Shown here: one piece after another, positions 62,701-64,000 of the stretch | How the letters are laid out: the number at the start of each line of letters is the position of its first letter | Numbering within the stretch: position 1 is the stretch's first letter | From: an uncultured Gemmatimonadales bacterium | GTDB lineage: Bacteria; Gemmatimonadota; Gemmatimonadetes; Longimicrobiales; Longimicrobiaceae | Direction of reading: 5' to 3' | DNA: 64,000 nt | Assembly: GCA_963716255.1 (NCBI GenBank) | Contig: OY970303.1 | Span: forward strand, 8,359,712 to 8,423,711 | Position numbers and translations under genes: made by a program | The notes under the pieces: generated by a model | The model's database searches: none | Told to the model about the DNA's origin: nothing | Seen by the model: the letters and a program-made list of their open reading frames with translations, nothing else

Positions 62701-64000
62701 CAGGACCTGTCGGAGCCCGCTGCTCCCCACCTCCGGGTGCTCCAGCAGAACCTCGAGCATGGAAGGCACGAGGTTCATCGTCCCTATCCCTTCCCGGCGC
62801 ACCGTCTCCAGGAGGTAGTCGGGATCCCGCTGCCCCTCCGGCCTGCCCATCACCACGCGCGCGCCCACCATCAGGGGCCAGAACAGCTCCCGCACGGAGC
62901 CGTCGAAATTGAGCGACGTCTTGCAGAGCAGTGCCTCGTGCGCTGCGAGCTTCCAGGCCTCCTGGCCCCAAACCAACCGGTTCACCACGCAGCGGTGCGG
63001 GTTCATCACCCCCTTCGGCTTCCCCGTGGAGCCGGAGGTGTAGATTACGTAGGCCAGGTGCTCGGGCGTGAGGCCCACGTCGCCGAGGTCGGTCGCTGAC
63101 ACGCCGGCCCAGGGCACCGCGTCTGCCGCCAGAACCACCACGGGCACGGCGCTCCCCTCGAGCAGCCTGTCCACGGCTCCGTTTCGCGAGGCGCCGACCA
63201 GCACTGAGACCGGGGCACTGTCCTCCAGCATGGCGCGCAGCCGCTCGGCGGGGTAATCCGGGTCGAGCGGCACGTACGCGCCGCCCGCCTTGAGGATGGC
63301 GAGCAGCCCCACCGCCATCTCCACGCTTCGATCGATGCTGATGCCCACGCGCGCGTCCGGTCCCACGCCGCGCTCGCGCAGGTGCCGCGCGAGCCGGTTC
63401 GCGGCGGCGTTGAGCTCGGCGTAGCTCAGGGCGTGCTCCTCGTCGGACACGGCTACGGCGTCAGGAGTCCGCGCGGCCTGCGCCTCGAAGAGCTGGTGGA
63501 CGCACGCGTCGCGCGGGTATTCCGCGGCGGTCGCGTTCCACTCCTCCAGCACCTGGGCCCGCTCCTCCTCGCGCAGGATCGACAGATCGGCGAGCTTCCG
63601 CTCCGCGACCTCCAGCATCGCCTCCAGCACGGCCTCCACGTGCCGGGTCAGCCGCTCCGCGGTCACCGGCTCGACACGAGCACGGTCGTACCGCAGCCGC
63701 ACGTCCAGCCTTTCTCCCGGGACGGCGAGCAGCAGGAGCGGATAGTTGGTCTGCAGCTCGCTGAGGCCGGACCGGACCCGCAGCCCTTCCACTCCGTCGC
63801 CGACGGCCTCGAACAGCGGATAGTTCTCGAAGACCACCAGGCTCTCGAAGAGCGCTTCCCCGGTGGGGACCTCGCTCCATTTCTGCACCTGCACCAGCGG
63901 CGCGTGCTCGAACTCCCGCGCCCGCGCCTGCCCCACCTGCAGCTCCTCCATCCACCCGCGCACCGTCGCATCGCCCGCCGCCCGCACCCGCACCGGGAGC
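50710..64000 (-). CDS. Upstream NRPS, 5' truncated: [DCL-C end]-A-T, C-A(Ser)-T-E, DCL-C-A-T, C-A(Ile)-T
   Basis: Frame open at the window edge (LPVRVR...FENYP, DCL-type); GGDSI T domain before E domain ([23 protein letters not shown]); [13 protein letters not shown] domain. Confidence 0.95.
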   Translation of the reverse strand, partial: LPVRVRAAGDATVRGWMEELQVGQARAREFEHAPLVQVQKWSEVPTGEALFESLVVFENYPLFEAVGDGVEGLRVRSGLSELQTNYPLLLLAVPGERLDVRLRYDRARVEPVTAERLTRHVEAVLEAMLEVAERKLADLSILREEERAQVLEEWNATAAEYPRDACVHQLFEAQAARTPDAVAVSDEEHALSYAELNAAANRLARHLRERGVGPDARVGISIDRSVEMAVGLLAILKAGGAYVPLDPDYPAERLRAMLEDSAPVSVLVGASRNGAVDRLLEGSAVPVVVLAADAVPWAGVSATDLGDVGLTPEHLAYVIYTSGSTGKPKGVMNPHRCVVNRLVWGQEAWKLAAHEALLCKTSLNFDGSVRELFWPLMVGARVVMGRPEGQRDPDYLLETVRREGIGTMNLVPSMLEVLLEHPEVGSSGLRQVLCGGEALPGALLRRFQERLPNGTLHNLYGPSEAATALVWLGCAPEEARATVPVGRPISNVRVYVLDGAGGPLPVGVPGELYVGGAGVSRGYLDRPELTAEKFVPDGFGGDPGARLYRTGDLARWLADGRIEFLGRNDFQVKIRGFRIEPAEIEATLLEHVAVRQAVVMAHEDAPGQKRLAAYLVPEPGMEVPVTEVRSRLRERLPGYMVPDAFVVLDALPLSSNGKIDRRALAAPERGGEADQVAPRTPVEELVAGIWAEVLGLESAGAHAHFFELGGHSLLATQVTSRVRRSLGVELPLRALFEAPTVAAFAERIEALQRVGAPAVPPIQRIPRNGPVPASYAQRRLWIVDRLEPDSPAYNMPASLRLRGTLDQWALQRSLDELVRRHETLRTRFEERDGEPMQVIDPHARVALRVVDLREVPAAEREARRLAHAEALRPFDLSRSPLLRSMLLRLGETEHVLCFTMHHIVSDGWSRRVLVQEASALYEAYSDGEEAVLPELPVQYADFAVWQRARLSGAVLEAQLAFWRERLAGAPPLLEIPTDRPRAAGQGREAATHAFVLPPALSRDLRELSRREGTTLFMTLLAGWQALLGRYAGQGDVVVGTPIAARTQVEVEGLIGFFVNMLVLRGDLGGDPTWVELLGRTRETTLGAYQHQEVPFERLVEELVTERSLTHAPLFQVNFSLDPTGVDRELRLGRLELEPLTAGEDVAKYDLDMEMTAGGDALAGSLTFRKALFDAATAERMSRHLETLLEAMVAAPAQRVAEVPLLCGAERTQVLEAWNDTAVEYPQACLHELFTAQAERTPDAVAVVFEGASLGYAELDRMTNQLAHHLRRRGVGPETRVGICAERSLELVVALLGILKAGGVYVPVDPAYPAERIAYVLDDSAVPVLLTQEHLLERLPTHAAEVVCLDRDREEIGAASAESPAVAVDPDALAYVIYTSGSTGGPKGAMNSHRGIVNRLLWMQEEYRLAPDDVVLQKTPSSFDVSVWEFFWPLLVGARLVVARPEGHRDPAYLAALIGRERVSTVHFVPPMLQAFLEAADVEHCRTLRRVVCSGEALALELAERFRAVLSWAELHNLYGPTEAAVDVTRHPCRPGELIVPIGRPVANTRVYVLDARMNPLPAGMAGELYLGGVQVARGYLGRPELTAEKFVPDAFAREPGARLYRTGDRARWLASGAVEYLGRLDSQVKIRGLRIEPGEVEAALRAYPGVREAVVLAREDAAGPKRLVAYVETAGETVVSPADLRARMQERLPEYMVPSAFVLLERLPLNANGKLDRRALPAPEWGPAAEYMAPRTRAEALLCALWAEALKVERVGVEESFFELGGDSILSIQVVSRARRQGLRFTPRQLFERPTVARLAQVAEWVRSGVAADQYPVGGEAPLAPIQRWFFAQERPAPHHFNQALLLLPREPLKSELLEGAVSALEAHHDALRLRFRRDEASTWRQWHDEVGAHASVEVVELSALAEDVRRSALEAAAERAQRSLDLEGGPLLRVVLFTLGGREQRLLVVIHHLVVDGVSWRILLEDLETAYRQLSRGEGVRLPAKTTSWKRWAEALAQRAASPAVAEEAGYWVEQSRREVGPLPVDDAAGADTVGSAGSVSVRLSEGETQALLREVPQAYRTQIDDVLLTGLARALGRWTGSARVRVNLEGHGREEEVGGGADVSRTVGWFTSLYPVVLEVPEGAGPGAALKAVKEQLRAVPRRGLGYGLLRYQGAPEVRAELSGGPAAEVAFNYLGQLDGTVSEGAYFGFAGESAGASADPRGSRAHRLELNGAVQGGRLEMTFGYGAGVHRRATIERVAGGYAEALRELIAHCTTAGAGGCTPSDFALAGLSQAEVDALVGSGRGVEDVYPLTPMQEGMLFHALYAPEAGVYLGQYGYVLEGELDVGSLERAWREGVGRHEALRAGFAWEGLRRPVQVIRREVEVPLRREDLRGLGEEAQRERLAAYLVEDRARGFDLAAAPLMRLALFRTGEGEHHLVWTHHHLILDGWSLAVLFRDVLALYNAHARGESARLGPTRRYREYVAWLERQELTRAEAFWREALAGFTAPTPLPLRRVAEKGVGEAGSAGAGTGLTPERTRALMEQARRWGVTASTLVQSAWGLLLSRYSGEEDVLFGATVSGRPPELHGAEDTVGLFINTLPVRVRVRGDATLREWLVEQQEQQVRAREYEYSPLVQVQRWSEVSAGEALFDSLVTLENYPVDEGQRGGLQGVRVRRTLGVEQTNFPLALSAVAYDRLDIELRYDLGRVEPDMAERLVRHLEGLLETMAAEPERRLREVSLLSAAERAQLLEEWNRTARPFPQGACIHDLFAGQAALSPDAPALEWGDEALSYRELDVRANRLAHHLAGLGVGPEERVGVLLERSLEMVVATLAVMKAGGCCVPVDTSYPPERVRLMLADSAVRVVLSWSGLWAPLAGPGLHAVCLDGAAEVLAGQPADPPRSGASPENLAYVFYTSGSTGRPKGVMMTHGQVVQYAACIPETMPMEPGDRVAQASNASFDAAVFEIWGALFHGATLVGIDRDVLLSAPSLGRELRERRITHLYQTAALFHQHVREQVDVYATLRQLVFGAEAVGTEGVRRMLRLGRPRRVLHEYGPTEATVWCTLDVVEEVAEDAPTVPIGRPVPNARAYVLDAELEPVPVGVPGEMYVGGDGVVRGYLGRPELTAEMFVPDPFAPASGAPMYRTGDRVRWMADGRLEFMGRRDDQVKLRGFRIEMGEVESAVAAYPGVRQARVVVREDEPGDKRLVAYMVGKVATDALRAHLRRTLPEYMVPGAYVLLEHLPLNANGKVDRRALPVPERGAEAEYVAPGTQVEEILGGIWAEVLGAERVGVRADFFDLGGHSLLAMQVVSRVRRTLGVEVPLRAIFESPTVAGLAGRVEALQGAAHTLSAPPIERVPRDALCALPLSFAQQRLWLVDRMEPESPAYNMPFALRLRGVLDAGALRRSLDALARRHETLRTVFREGEGEPVQVVLPPSPLPLPVVDLRGVGGAEPAARGLAGAEALRPFDLSRGPLLRCTLLRLGDDDHVLCLTLHHIVGDGWSMEVLTREVSALYGDLSRGEEPSLPELPVQYGDYAAWQRAWLSGEVLEAQLAYWKERLAGAPPLLEIPTDRPRAAGQGARAGRHPLRLSGEASDGLRQLARREGATLFMALLAGWQGLLGRYSGQEDVVVGTPVAGRTRAELEGLVGFFVNMLALRGDLAGEPTWAALLGRVRAEALGAYTHQEVPFERLVEELATERSLTHAPLFQVAFSLQRESGDDRLTLGRVGLEFFDTGKGSTRFDLELVLGEEGREVEGTLVYRTELFDAATAERMARHLGVLLEAMVADPARRLWETSLLRPSEHAQVVEAWNAASTELPRGCVHELFAARAALSPDAPAVESTAAALTYAELAGRAARLAHHLRTLGVGPEARVALCMERSPEMVVAMLAILQAGGVYVPVDAQSPPGRVREILADAACVFALTHAAWTGHLPEDADTLRLDDPAVAAALAALPDTAPHVEVDPDQLAYVIYTSGSTGRPKGVAVPHRAVVRLVRNTNYFPFGPDERIAQVSNAAFDAATFEIWGALLGGGSVVVVEREHTLSPADFAAELRARRVSALFLTTALFNRIVHEVPDAFATLRHVLFGGEAVDPEVVRRVVEGEGPQRLLHVYGPTETTTYASWHRVERVRPGAGTVPIGAALSNTTLYVLERGGAAAPVGVPGELYIGGAGVGRGYLGRAELTAERFVPDPFGPAGGRLYRTGDRVRWSVEGALEFLGRVDAQVKIRGFRIEPGEVEAALLEQPEIREAVVVAREDRPGERRLVAYVVWGEGGALSVGEVGRRLRERVPEYMVPGAYVVLERLPLNANGKVERGALPEPEGWGEAAAYEAPRTAVEELVGEIWAEVLRRERVGVRDDFFALGGHSLLATQVVSRLRLELGIEVPLRALFEHPTLEDLARTVEDRLIVALDAAQLAEHLRQVGGIPEPELDPEGSPGEATPSSTMPA
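50865..54321 (-). repeat. ~3.45-kb near-identical direct repeat, copy B
   Basis: Matches 44142-47598 except one 135-nt patch and scattered substitutions. Confidence 0.9.

Overview
Very GC-rich bacterial DNA. Gene content and repeat style suggest Gemmatimonadota (Longimicrobium-like); this is an inference. Left part (1 to ~18.4 kb) looks like core chromosome: end of a sensor kinase, moaDEA, an HU/IHF gene, carA, an RNase HI with an altered active site, a VapBC-type TA pair, a 2-oxoacid dehydrogenase E1a/E1b/E2-PhzF-lipB operon, a stand-alone PBP2 (mrdA), an MNT-HEPN-like gene, an L,D-transpeptidase and a tRNA-Glu/fMet/Val operon. Three copies of a ~135-nt covarying multi-hairpin element lie between these genes. 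An orphan 3' half of tRNA-Cys at 18402-18443 marks the likely att end of an integrated island running rightwards past the window edge. Inside it are an excisionase-like HTH gene, gene relics, and a BlaI + BlaR1(M56) pair whose sensor domain is a lytic transglycosylase plus helical 'SDGD' repeats, with a palindromic operator repeated before a secreted SDGD-repeat protein. Converging on this is the distal >=37 kb of an NRPS cluster (3 genes, 11 visible A domains, one E domain, terminal TE) followed directly by a RiPP-type (CX7CX2C) cobalamin-dependent radical SAM C-methyltransferase and a decayed acylase. Specificity codes were read by eye and all family assignments rest on motif recognition, not searches.
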